A stretch of 63,005 nt of DNA, filler included, from Octopus bimaculoides (GCF_001194135.2; 3 parts of 2 records of this genome joined end to end with filler, not necessarily neighbours in it), one strand, 5' to 3'; shown: positions 24,790 through 36,600, counted from the whole stretch's first letter. Program-made: numbers and translations. The notes: generated by a model not told the origin, from the letters alone.

Positions 24790-25520
24790 TACACGACAGT
24801 AATAGCAAATGGTGAGGGCTGTTATGTATGGATGAGGACAGTTGTGTGAAAAAGTGCCACTCCCTAACTGTGGAAGAAACCTGTGGAAGAGATAGACCCA
24901 GGAAGACATGGGATGAGGTGGTGAAGCTTGACCGAACATTTGGCCTCACAGAGTGAATGACAGTAGACCGAGACCTTTGGAGATATGCTGTGATTGAGAA
25001 GACCCAACATCTATAGTGAAATCGAGCTATGGCCGATGCCAGTGTTGCATGTCCGGCCCATTTAAGAGCTATATGATATGCTTCGGCATATGATATGCTT
25101 GAGAAGACCTGTTGAGTCAACTAAAACCAAAATCGTAGCTGTGTCCAGTGCTCCATGACTGGGTCCTGTTCCGGTGGCACATAAAAAGCACTATCTGAAG
25201 TGGTCGATGCCAATACATTCTGACTGGTTCCTGTGCCAGTGGCACATAAGAAGCACTATCCGAATGTGATTGATGCCAGGACCACCTGACTGGCTCCTGT
25301 GCCGACGGCACGTAAAAAGTACCATCCGAACGTGGCCGATGCCAGTACCACCTGACTGGCTCCCACTACACTCTCGGAATGTTTGGCATTAGGAAAGGCA
25401 TCCACCTGTAGAAACATTGCCAGATCAGATTGGAGTCTGGTGCAGCCGCTGGTTCCCCAGACCTGTCAAACCGTCCAACCCATGCCAGCATGGAAAACAG
25501 ACGTTAAATGATGATGATGA
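24790..25520 (+). mobile_element. RTE LINE 3' end with 66-bp tandem repeats in the 3' UTR
   Basis: RGRPRKTWDEVVK-type C-terminus; tgactgg unit starts at 25156, 25221, 25287 and 25353; (GAT) tail at about 25508. Confidence 0.85.
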
Positions 25521-26418
25521 GGAGGAGGATATATAGCATATATATATATATATGTATATATAAGATCNNNNNNNNNNNNNNNNNNNNNNNNNNNNNNNNN
25601 NNNNNNNNNNNNNNNNNNNNNNNNNNNNNNNNNNNNNNNNNNNNNNNNNNNNNNNNNNNNNNNNNNNNNNNNNNNNNNNNNNNNNNNNNNNNNNNNNNNN
25701 NNNNNNNNNNNNNNNNNNNNNNNNNNNNNNNNNNNNNNNNNNNNNNNNNNNNNNNNNNNNNNNNNNNNNNNNNNNNNNNNNNNNNNNNNNNNNNNNNNNN
25801 NNNNNNNNNNNNNNNNNNNNNNNNNNNNNNNNNNNNNNNNNNNNNNNNNNNNNNNNNNNNNNNNNNNNNNNNNNNNNNNNNNNNNNNNNNNNNNNNNNNN
25901 NNNNNNNNNNNNNNNNNNNNNNNNNNNNNNNNNNNNNNNNNNNNNNNNNNNNNNNNNNNNNNNNNNNNNNNNNNNNNNNNNNNNNNNNNNNNNNNNNNNN
26001 NNNNNNNNNNNNNNNNNNNNNNNNNNNNNNNNNNNNNNNNNNNNNNNNNNNNNNNNNNNNNNNNNNNNNNNNNNNNNNNNNNNNNNNNNNNNNNNNNNNN
26101 NNNNNNNNNNNNNNNNNNNNNNNNNNNNNNNNNNNNNNNNNNNNNNNNNNNNNNNNNNNNNNNNNNNNNNNNNNNNNNNNNNNNNNNNNNNNNNNNNNNN
26201 NNNNNNNNNNNNNNNNNNNNNNNNNNNNNNNNNNNNNNNNNNNNNNNNNNNNNNNNNNNNNNNNNNNNNNNNNNNNNNNNNNNNNNNNNNNNNNNNNNNN
26301 NNNNNNNNNNNNNNNNNNNNNNNNNNNNNNNNNNNNNNNNNNNNNNNNNNNNNNNNNNNNNNNNNNNNNNNNNNNNNNNNNNNNNNNNNNNNNNNNNNNN
26401 NNNNNNNNNNNNNNNNNA

Positions 26419-27790
26419 AGGTGGAAAGCGTATTTTTTTTTTGATAAGATTGAGCAGGCAGTTAACATAACAGACGATAATTCACAATTTAAGAAGCTTT
26501 TTAAATCTAGGAAAACCCCACCATGTAATCCGAAGTTGGATAAATTTGAAGATGAACTTTGGACAGTTGTTAAGAACATTAAAATAAATAAATCTCTTAG
26601 AAGGAACCAACATTTGGAGTACCTAAGCAGGATTACCAGGGAAATTAACAGAACGAACGGAATTTTAGTTAAATCTGACAAAACAGGAAACATATATAAA
26701 CTACAGAAACAACATTATCTTGACCTTCTTAAAAAATAAATAGAGAAAAACTACAAAATAACAAATAAGAACATGCTCAGAAAAGCAAATCTTGAAGCTA
26801 AAAAGTTAATGAATAGCTTTAACCTATTGAACAAAACTGAACCTCTAGTACCTAAGGAACCGTGATTTATCCTTAAAGACCACAAGAGTAATTTTTGGAC
26901 TGATCCTTCCTTAAGACTCATTTGCCCGACTAAGTCGGATATAGGAATACTTAGTAAGAATATGTTAGATAAATATATCCCTACAGTAGTAAAGAAATTA
27001 AAACTTTACTTATGGTCTAATTCTACACAAGTTGTAGAATGGTTCAAATTGATTAGGGATAAGGAAAATGTGAAATTTATTCCATTTGATATTGCAAATT
27101 TTTACTCATCTATTAATCCTATCATACTTAACAAAGCATTGTGGTTTGCACATAATAAGGCGGGACTTACAAGGGATGAGATCAATGTGATATTAACGGC
27201 TAGAAAATCATTTATTAAGTTCAATAATAAAATTTGGATTCGCAAAGATACTCCAGAAGCCTTTGATGTCCCTATGGGGAGCTCTGATTCGGCACAGATA
27301 GCTGACATTGTATGTTCCTTCATCCTTAATGAAATGGAAGATCAATTCCCAAATATTAGGTGGGGGTCTATATAGAGATGATTGTCTCTTATATCTTAGG
27401 AATAGCTCTAATCAACAAGTACAAAAGGTTAAGAATAGATTAGCCAGATTTTTTCGCCGAATGGGAATGCGTATAATTTTTGAAGATGATATATCTTTAG
27501 CTAATTTTTTAGACGTAACATTGGACCTACATAATAAAAAATATAGACCATACCATAAGCCTTATATTAACCTGAAATACATCAGTAAGTTTAGTAATCA
27601 CCCCAGATCAATAACGGATAATTTGGTAAAGAATATATCACTAAGATTATTTAACCTATCGGCAAACGCCTATGTTTTCGAAAATGAGGCAAAGTTCTAT
27701 AATTCTGCCTTATCTAGAGCGGGTTATAAAGAAAAGGTATACTATATTAAACCAGATTCTGATTCCCCTAAGGCAGGTGAAAATATTAGC

Positions 27791-27831
<41 letters not shown>

Positions 27832-28719
27832 CATCGTAAGAAAGAATAGAGGTAACCCACAATACCCTAGACATGAATCCAGTCCTAACAGAGGTAGAGT
27901 AAAATTCTTCAGGAATAGTAGTAATGGTTATAATACCAAAAACGAGGATAATTTATGGTTCTTTATTCCATTTGGTAAACAAATTATGTTGAACTTAGTT
28001 ACCCTTTTCAGGAATGTAGTTAGAAGAAATTTTCCCCAAAACTCGCATTACTACAAAATCATAAACGCACATAAGGTCAGATTTGGCTTTTCAAATACCA
28101 AGAATTTAACACTTTTGTCGCCGCCGACAACTTGAAACTATTAAGCTCTAATTTTATTGAAGAGTCTAATAATATAAATATAGGTAATAATCTTAATTTT
28201 CCAGGTGATACAGTTATAGATAATTTAAAAGTCAACAAAAATAATAATACCAATATTAATAACAACAAAATAGTAATATCAGAACTAAATCTTAATAGAA
28301 TTAAATTCCTAAGTGTAAATGCTAAAACTAAAAATACTGTATACAAGTGTAATGTATTAACCAAAAATGAAATTAAGATTTATATTGGATCGTCTTCGCT
28401 CGAAATCTCGAAAAGAATATCGAATCATTATTCAACATTTAGAGATAGAAAGAAACAAAATAGCACGGCGATTAGTAGATTAATTTGGCAACTTAAAGAC
28501 CAAAATAAGGAGTATTCTTTAGAATGGTCAATTATAGGAAGGACGTTTCCTTACGACAAGTGCAAAGATTTTTGTTCCCTCTGTAATTTAGAATTATATT
28601 TCATACTTTTCTCTAAGGGTGACCTAGTTAACAAAATCACATGTAGAGCTTTCAGATGTAAACATATTAGTAAACATAGGTTTTTATTTTATCAAATTTA
28701 CTTTGGAGAGGTTAGTTAA
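26419..28719 (+). pseudogene. Penelope-like retroelement ORF (RT + C-terminal GIY-YIG), Naiad-like; 2 in-frame stops and 2 frameshifts
   Basis: RWKAYFF, FKSRKTPP, KSDKTGNIY, LKDHKSNF..DPSLRLICPTKSDIG, FDIANFYSSI, MGSSDSAQIADIV, GLYRDD, NFLDVTLDL, Y.PYHKP..N..YI...SNHP, YIGSS..KRISNHYSTF, CSLC, CKH. Stops are TAA 26737-26739 and TGA 26863-26865; frameshifts at about 27360 and 28100; the 5' end is lost in an N gap. Confidence 0.92.
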
Positions 28720-29860
28720 CTACATACTAGGATATTATTTTAACTTGATTTAGCTTTAACTACATACCGGGATATTATATTAAATTAGTGTAGCTTTAAT
28801 TTCATATAACCTTTTCATATATGCACAATGGTAAGTTTGGTTCCTACTTTATTGATGTTTCTCTTATAATTCTATGTAATTTTTGTATAGATGACATCGA
28901 AATTATTGTTGACTGCTTGCTTTATCGTATTTAATCTCACTACTAAGTTAATGTAATGTATATTTAAGGTTTCGATGGTTGCTATTTGAGTGTAACCTAA
29001 TTTATTTTTACTTTGTAATTTATAATTTATAATTTCTTAATTATCTTGACTACATATACTTTAATTGTCTCAAAGATATTTTAATTTAAAAATCAATATT
29101 ATGATTTGATAAGATTAATCACATTGACTGATTTATTTAGATTCTAAAAAATATATATATTATTTTGCTAGATTTACCTCTCTTTGACCATGAAAATTTT
29201 TTTATGTTAACTTTATTTCTGTTATGGTCTATTACAGATAAAAAATGTTTAAGTGAGTTGACTTTTTCTCAAGTATCTAATGAATTATTTGGTATAATAG
29301 CGTCGTATCCATCTACCTACTTTACATCATAATAGTTACTTAATTTTTCATTTTGTATTTATATGTGAGATAGTAACGATTACATCGTAATAATTGTTTA
29401 CTTTTTACTTTATCGATTAAATCCGTTCCTTCTTTTGATATTATTTTTAATATTGTATTTGAAACCCATTACTAAGTTAATTTAATATAATTTTTCGAAA
29501 ACTTTGATAGCTGCAATCTGAATGTAACCTAATTTATTTTACTTATTATTATTTATAATTTATATTCTCTAATTTATCTTGTTTACATAACCTTAAAATA
29601 AGTCTCATTACTGTTCTAAACTTAAAATGAAAGAGATACAATATTCTATTTTTTATTACAGACAAGAGTGAGTCGGGATATTGCATAGAAATGTACATAG
29701 GTCATTAAACAAGTTTTTATGATGGATCGCGTTATAGCTCTTATTTAAATTGATATGCACACAAAATTGTATGATAAACAACCTTTCATATGAGAATTTT
29801 GCTACGTTGATAACAGGTACAATATTTTACCAAATATTTGGTAGAGATCTGTAAATACAA
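28720..29860 (+). other. AT-rich putative 3' UTR of the Penelope-like element, with internal duplications
   Basis: 40-bp tandem unit (28717, 28757) and an about 130-bp diverged direct repeat starting tactaagttaat at 28941 and 29470; ends at the Helitron insertion. Confidence 0.5.
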
Positions 29861-29863
29861 ATA

Positions 29864-30985
29864 CTAGCAGAGACACCCAGTATTGCTCGGGGATTAAAAT
29901 GGCATAGTCTGTATATAATATATTACAGCTATGTTGAAACAGGTGATATGGGAAAGTGCAGCATTGACAACAAAACATTTGTGGAGTAAATGATGGGCTA
30001 ATTCAACTAAGCAAAATGCTATGCGTCTGTTTGGAGTATTTCAGGCCCTAACCTGTGGGGGTTATGTGATTCTTGAACGCACCGAGAAGCTGTCAGTGCA
30101 TATATTCTCTTTTGCAGCAGTCGGTGCTGTGTCTAACACGACCCATCATCTGAAATGTTGAAACCTCCTTGGGGTTTGTTTCCTACATCACTTATAAAGT
30201 AAATTTGGAGGAACTCTGGTTGTTCATTTGTGTGTAACAGGGAGTCAATGAGGTGATAGACTTGCTCTTGAACTTTAACGTCGTCATAAATTCATATTTA
30301 TCTATCTTAGATGCACCAAACGATGTCATTTGCAGAGTTGTATTGTCTGATATTGTTCAGAAAATCCTTTGACTGGATGGAAATGCCTTCTAGAAGATCC
30401 GTAAGATGTTGAGAAGGAGCTGGTAGTGCTGACAATGTTACCTGACCGTCTGAACAGCACATACCATTTGTTTCATTTGAAAATTTTAAAGCTCTACAGA
30501 ACAGAAAAGACAATTTGTATTTAGTACACCAATTTGGCCAGGGTTAACATTTTTATAAGAATGGGATGGATCATATCTGAAAACAGCTTCAAGAGTTGTG
30601 AAGAACGAATTTGTACGCAGTCTGTTTCTGAGAGCTATTCTATTGGACCTCTGTCTAATCATTAAAACATTGATTTAATGATCCAGCATTAAGTGCTGTA
30701 ACATGCATTTGCTGATGTTGAGAAAATCTCATCTAGCTTCTCTCTTCAGACTCTCGCGTTCGGTTTTCTACAATCCTCCTTGCTTTATACTGTTTCTGGA
30801 GAGATTACATCTTTTCTTTGGTGGCATATTTTTCCCAATATTGTAAACAAAAAATTATCAACATAGAAAGAAATTATACATTAATCCCTAGTTTTGTAAG
30901 CAGATGTATCTGTAAACATGCTATTTTAAGAGAGCAGAAATTAAAAGAAGAGACACCGTAAAGAACAGAGAAAGAAAGTGAAAGA
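29864..30985 (-). mobile_element. Internally deleted Helitron retaining the Rep/helicase N-terminus
   Basis: Minus strand A|TC start (30985), ATG at 30827 (MPPKKRCNLSR), FCRALKFSNETNGMCCSDGQVTL, FLNNIRQYNSA-MTSFG, QVYHLIDSLL..PEFLQIYF, hairpin 29876-29891, CTAG|T end at 29864. Confidence 0.85.
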
Positions 30986-31643
30986 TGTATGTACGTCTAT
31001 ATGAAATGGACGTGTGTGTGTGTGTGTGTGTGCGTGCGTGCTTGCGTGTGCGTATGTGAGAGAGAAAGGGAGATAGGGTAAATGAGTGAAGTCTTTTAAA
31101 ATTTTTACGATAGTTGATTTATGGAAAAGATTATGTTAAACTTTTGAAATGCAAATATGTGAATAAAAATTAAGTTTAATTTGTAGCCAGAATAGTACTG
31201 AATCTTAAAGGTTACAAAAATATCGATTCTCACTTTGAAACTAAGGATGTTGAAAATCTTTTTAGATTACGGAACGCCCAGTTCTCTTATGTATCCATGT
31301 GATGCGACTTCCGAAAATATAGTTGGCATTATATCCCTATCTCCCGGGCTGGGTTTTGAACCCGTACTCTAGTCGTTGGGGAGAATGGTATTTCCTTTGT
31401 CTCGTCGGCAACCACAGCTATTTTTAGCGTAGCTGCCCCTTTTCGGTCAGCGAAAGTTCAAAAAAGGCAGCATAGGAATCATGTACCGACCGACCCATCT
31501 TGGCAGGGGGTAAAGTAGCACAATGAGCTATGGTATTTGGGATGAATAGGAGAACGAGAATTGGCGGCAAAAGCAGTTAGCAGAGAATTTGGCCAGTGGA
31601 GTTCTGGTAGCCAGCGGGGCAGTCGAGCGGTAGCAGCTAGCCG

Positions 31644-31743
31644 NNNNNNNNNNNNNNNNNNNNNNNNNNNNNNNNNNNNNNNNNNNNTTAATTAATTAAN
31701 NNNNNNNNNNNNNNNNNNNNNNNNNNNNNNNNNNNNNNNNNNN
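31644..31743. other. Artificial scaffold linker 44N-TTAATTAATTAA-44N
   Basis: Exactly 100 bp with a palindromic six-frame-stop core; identical structure at 57960-58059. Confidence 0.93.
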
Positions 31744-32026
31744 GAGATAACTCGAATGTGGAATCTAAAAACAGAAACAATTCCTATCATAGTAGGTGCC
31801 TTAGGTATAATAAAAAAATATTCAGACAAATACATAACAAAAACACCAGGACTTACAAATATATATAACATACAGAAAATTGCACTACTGGGTACTGCAC
31901 ACATTCTACGCAAAACACTTTCAATACAGTAAACATAAGAGCACCACAGCAAACCACAGCACATACCCAAGGCGCACAGAGCTGCGCTCGGTAGTGAAGT
32001 GAAAGCACATTATAAAAATAAAACTA

Positions 32027-32057
<31 letters not shown>

Positions 32058-32214
32058 CAGAAAATAGCACTACTTGGCACTGCACACATCCTATGTAAAA
32101 CACTTTTAATACAGTCAAAATAAGATCATCACAACAAATCACAGCACATATCCAAGGCACACAGAGCTGCGCTCGGTAGTGAAGTGAAAACATGTTATAA
32201 AAGTTAGACTACTG
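31744..32214 (+). mobile_element. R4/Dong-like non-LTR element 3' end with (TAA)n tail and a tandem partial copy (32058-32214)
   Basis: EITRMWNLKTETIPIIVGALGIIKK...IQKIALLGTAHILRKTLSIQ* is an RLE C-terminus; 3' UTR ends ctactg(aat)n. Confidence 0.85.
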
Positions 32215-32379
32215 AATAAGCAAAAAAAAAGTGGTATGAACATAAACCCATATGCATCATCGAAAATGAAAATGCAAAGATCCTATGAGATTTTATGATT
32301 TAGTGGAAACATGAGATAGAGAATAGGAAGCTGGACATAGTCTTAATTGAGAAAGAAAGCAAGAACTGTATTTTCATTG

Positions 32380-32945
32380 TTTCCTCTACTGTTGTTTTCC
32401 AATACCCATCTTTTGATAACTTTGAACTCTACTTCTGTGAACCAGCGATTTTTCTTATTGCTCCAGCTTGATCACACAGTCTCTGTTCTGTGAGTTGAAA
32501 CAATCCTCTCCATTGATCATACATACGTTTTTGGTATCCCCCAAGATGAACACCATTTTCGTCTATGGGGTTGCTCAGGCAGTAACACTCCATGACCACA
32601 GCATTGATTTGTTTGTTCTATCTACGCTGTGTGTGCTGGTCCCTTGCTGGATAAGGACAGGCTGGAGTCGGACCAGAATCTCTGAGCCTACCAGGGGCAA
32701 CACTGTCACTATTAAGGGCTTCAGTTTCATTCCCACCATTATTCACAATATCTTGTTTTTTCATTGTCATTCATATGAGGTAGCAATTATCAGGTTGCGC
32801 AATTACCAGTGTTTTTATTGTGACGCCATCACTAGATGTATCATCAGTGGGAGCATAGGGAGATTCCAACTGGTTCCTTTCATTATTATTATTAACATCA
32901 CTGATATTATTCTTTTCATTTTCTTTTCTACTATTTGTCATTGTT
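32380..32945 (-). mobile_element. R4/Dong-like ORF N-terminal fragment
   Basis: INAVVMECYCLSNP...GYQKRMYDQW...TEQRLCDQAGAIRK resembles the R4-clade N-terminal motif. Confidence 0.65.
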
Positions 32946-32983
32946 AATATTTCCTCTGATCTGACATGAGTTTCAGCTAAATT

Positions 32984-33036
<53 letters not shown>

Positions 33037-33885
33037 TATTATTTTATTTTGTTATATTTTACCATCCCTATTTGTCAAATCACCATTTATTTTACATTGC
33101 AAATCTTAAGTTAGTATTCTTGAATTTGATGTTGTTGCTATGGTGATTTTCTTAAATTTGTTTCTTTTTGTAATATACAATTTACCAGATGTATTCTGGT
33201 TCAAGAATACGAACTCCATATACATCCCTGTATGTCACTGGAAATGATTGATAGGGTGAGTGACATGGAGTGTATTCAACCGTAAAACACTCCCTTAGAA
33301 GAAAAAAGCAAGAAACATCCAACCCATGCCAGCTACAAAAACTGGATGTAAAGCACATGATGATGATGATGCTTGTTTATCAATTTTGGATAGGTTTGCT
33401 TCAGCGATTCTATAACGTAGATAACTGGTCACTGATGGAATGAAACATCCAATTGGAGTTTATAGCTAGTATGATACCCTCTTACTACCCACAGTAAGGA
33501 TTTTGTTTAGAGATATTCAGATGTTATTCTGAGCCTGTCCACTTAATTCTGGTTTATGTTACATCACAATTTATTGCCAATGGATCTGAGATAATGCATC
33601 TCAAGCAAGCTGGCTTTTATATTTTCCCAGTGAAACTAAAAGTCAAGATTATAAATATGATATTTATGACAAATATTAAACTACAAACATGAACTTTGAC
33701 AAAAGATATTGGACAGAAAATCAGCTTTGCTTTCACTTATAAATAAGAACAGTGTTAATTTTTAATGAGAATTTATTCAATGTCTCACTTTGGACAAAAA
33801 TGTCTTTGATAGAAATGTAAACATATTTATAAGTTAACTCAGTTAGTTGTAAATGAAAGAACATTATATATCATATACATATAGT

Positions 33886-33924
<39 letters not shown>

Positions 33925-34349
33925 GTGTGTGTGTGCACACAAGCTATGCAACAGATATACAAAAAAGCAAAATTAACTAATTCTCCAAAGACTGTAAAAG
34001 ATACCAAACAGCCTTAATTGATTCCTGGCCCTTATTGGGTTCTCATCAAAAGTGTCTTGACCAATCCCAGAAACATGATCAGCCAGTCTGTTTGTGTACT
34101 CAGCAAACCCAGTAGCTACAGAGAACTGGAAGGTCTAATTCGTATACTACCAGTGTTTAACATTTTATCTAATACCAATGGCCCACCAACGACTGTCTCA
34201 GCACACTGAATATTAAGCTCTTATATGCAGTAGATATGTTAACAGGGAAAATTTAATCATTTCTCTTCAACTAAATATTTATAAGCTATATAGCAAGTTA
34301 TAAAATCTCAAGAAGAGATAGAGCAATAATGTATACTAAACTTGCTACT

Positions 34350-34620
34350 CTGCTTGTTGCAAATCAGTTACCAACGGTCACTTTGTTTATAATATATCGC
34401 TGCGAGAAGTGGATCTAAGCTATCATTCCATTGTGCAGATGAACACAGCCGATGAAGAGCCAACTAGCTTGAAACTGGGCCAGTCCTGCGATTCTGCTCG
34501 CTGGTGGGATTTAGTAAGGGTCCGCTCTCCCTGCTAGTGATATATTGCATATAAAGTATGGAGCTCATTGCATCAAAGACCAGCTGGTGGAAAATCTGTC
34601 TGGGGTTAAACTTCTACTGG
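34350..34620 (+). mobile_element. Hammerhead-bearing repeat, copy 3
   Basis: gttgcaaa.cag upstream (also at about 1675), hammerhead 34444-34490, ctctcc..gc...atatattg, and motif CCAGCTGGTGGAAAATCTGTCTGGGGTTAAA at 34580-34610. Confidence 0.65.
34444..34490 (+). ncRNA. Degenerate type I hammerhead ribozyme
   Basis: cacag-CCGATGA-A-GAGC-caacta-GCTT-GAAA-CTGG-G-CCAG-TC-ctgcg. U4 is changed to C; the T before GAAA fits CpG decay. Confidence 0.65.
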
Positions 34621-34959
34621 AATTTCAACAACATCGACAAGATATTTTTGTATGTCGGACTCTGACACTCGTTGATACTGCATCGAAGAGGCCAGGGAAT
34701 AGAAGAAAGAAGACATGCACCCAACACCAGAGCTGAAGACACCTCCGAAAGGAGGGGCCCCGCCACGTCAAAACGGTAGAGGAGTAGGGGCCGAAACCGG
34801 ACGTGGTTCCTCCTGATGATGTCTTGAACTAACTGGATCATATAAAGGAGCTGTTGTGGTAGCAGACCATGAAACATGGTTGAAATTCCTCTACAGATTT
34901 GTATGTTTTGTTTTGTGTTTGTCTTCTCATGCATATAGTTACATATCCAGACATGCTCA

Positions 34960-35300
34960 TATATATTTAAATGATAAACCTCTGGAAAGTTTTACAAATT
35001 CTTACAGTTCCAGTGAGGGATTGGATCTGTAACCTTCAAATCAACTTTCTCCTTTCTGGTTTTGAGAAGCCTAATTTCTCGAGATAGGTATTTAGGCATT
35101 GTGTTACATATCCCAGGGCCCCAATAATTACTGATATAAACCTGGACTTGGAATATGGATTGAGGAACTACAGATTCTTCAATAGTTCAGTGTAGGTATT
35201 TATTTTCTTGCTAATCTTTAGCTCCATGTTAACATCCGTTGGGCAACTGATTTCCAGTTTGTATATTTTCTAAGTTGCGAAAAATATGACAATGTAGAAA
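34960..35300 (-). mobile_element. RLE non-LTR element 3' fragment, same family as 13290-13990
   Basis: LEISCPTDVN...YTELLKNL.FLNP...VIIGALGYV...LQIQSLTGTVRICKTFQK. Confidence 0.8.
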
Positions 35301-35329
35301 GAATTTGCTATTAAATGCTGCAATAAATT

Positions 35330-36330
35330 GTCATTAAGACATCTCTAGCTTTCTTATGCTGACCAGACTGCAGAAGGTGAGACCCTGCCAAGGGCTTTTT
35401 CTAGCTTGATAAACGCCTAGTGTATAGAATTACATCTAGCTCAATAATCCGCCTGCAGATGTGTCAATAGGAAGATGACATCAGTAGTAGCTCTTCTTGG
35501 CTCAGAGAGCCAAACTGCATTTCATCCTGAATAACCCTCTTCTTAATCAATTGTCCAGCAATCCACCAGTTTGACACCTCCCTAACTACCTCTCCTTTGC
35601 CCTTGTAGTGGTTGACAACGATGCTGCTACATTAGTCATTGAGTAAAACCTCTTTCTAATTGACATTTTAAGCATCTTAATACAATCCTTGATCCCTGAT
35701 AAATCGGCTACTTGCCCTGCCTTACAGTTGTCAACTACAATGGCTGGAATCTTTGTAGGGTCAACTTGGAGAGCACTCATTTTATTTCATTTAGCTTTTG
35801 TAAAAGCGTTTCTCGGCCTCTTTGTCTTTTGATCTCAGAAACACCAGATGTCCCATTATCTTTCTGTCCAAAATTTACTTTAAAGATGTCTCATTTTCAC
35901 TCACATATACTTCTTCAGTCTTAAATACTTTATGCTCCTGACGCCCGTGTGACAGAAAATCAGAAAACCCCTAACTTTTGGTGTCTTCCTTTGTTAAGTA
36001 AACCTGATGTTGATTTTTTCTGATGTTAATCTTTACTTCTACTTTTTGTCCAGTCTTCTCAGGCACTTTACTTCCTCTTTATTTCAGTCTACATCACAAT
36101 GTCCCCTTTTTCTTGAATGGGACCTTGCACCAGCCACAGAGCTTATCTCTCACCCTCAGCAGGTTGTACTCTACGAACTCCAAGTTGCTCTCTAAATCAC
36201 AATTTCCTGTTTTCTCCTCTTTCTTTAACCCCACATTCGATTTACTGGTGTGATTCTTGAACTTTCTACACCAGTAGAATTTTGATTTTCTTTGAGACTC
36301 AAATTCAAGAGAGTAGATAGCCTCAAGCTT
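35330..36330 (-). mobile_element. Decayed RTE LINE fragment
   Basis: gatgaaatgcagtttgg...actactgatgtcatcttc (DEMQFG..TTD.IF) and ctgtggctggtgcaaggtccc match the other RTE copies. Confidence 0.75.
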
Positions 36331-36369
36331 GGGTTTACTGCATTGGGAATAATCTGATTTTCTTCCCTA

Positions 36370-36600
36370 TCAGGACCATAACACAGGATGGACAGCTGTG
36401 TGAAAAAGTGTCACACTCTAGCAGTTGAGGGAACTTGTGGAAGTGGTAGACCCAGGAAAATCTGGGATGAGGTGGTGAAGCATGACCTTTAAACATTGGG
36501 TCTCACAGAGGCAATGACCAATGATTGAGACCTTTGGAAATATGTTGTGCTTGAGAAGACCCAGCAAGCCAAGTGAGACCATAACCCGTGGCTTATGCAA
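36370..36600 (+). mobile_element. RTE LINE 3' fragment
   Basis: SGRPRKIWDEVVKHDL..LGLTEAMTND C-terminus. Confidence 0.8.

Noticed and set aside
25156-25365. Regularly spaced repeats suggestive of a CRISPR array
   Set aside because: The units are whole tandem repeats without unique spacers, inside a eukaryotic LINE 3' UTR, with no cas genes.
31310-31643. GC-richer segment with a B-box-like GGTTCAAAACC on the minus strand
   Set aside because: No cloverleaf or convincing A box, and truncated by the linker; cannot be called a tRNA or SINE.
31644-31743. Palindromic TTAATTAATTAA centred in a 100-bp N gap (also 57960-58059)
   Set aside because: Identical 44+12+44 layout twice with stops in all six frames: an assembly linker, not biology. 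Adjacency across it should not be trusted.
34018-34209. Minus-strand LDKMLNTGSIRIRPSSS resembling a Gypsy RT start
   Set aside because: Too short, and the following motifs do not continue in any frame.
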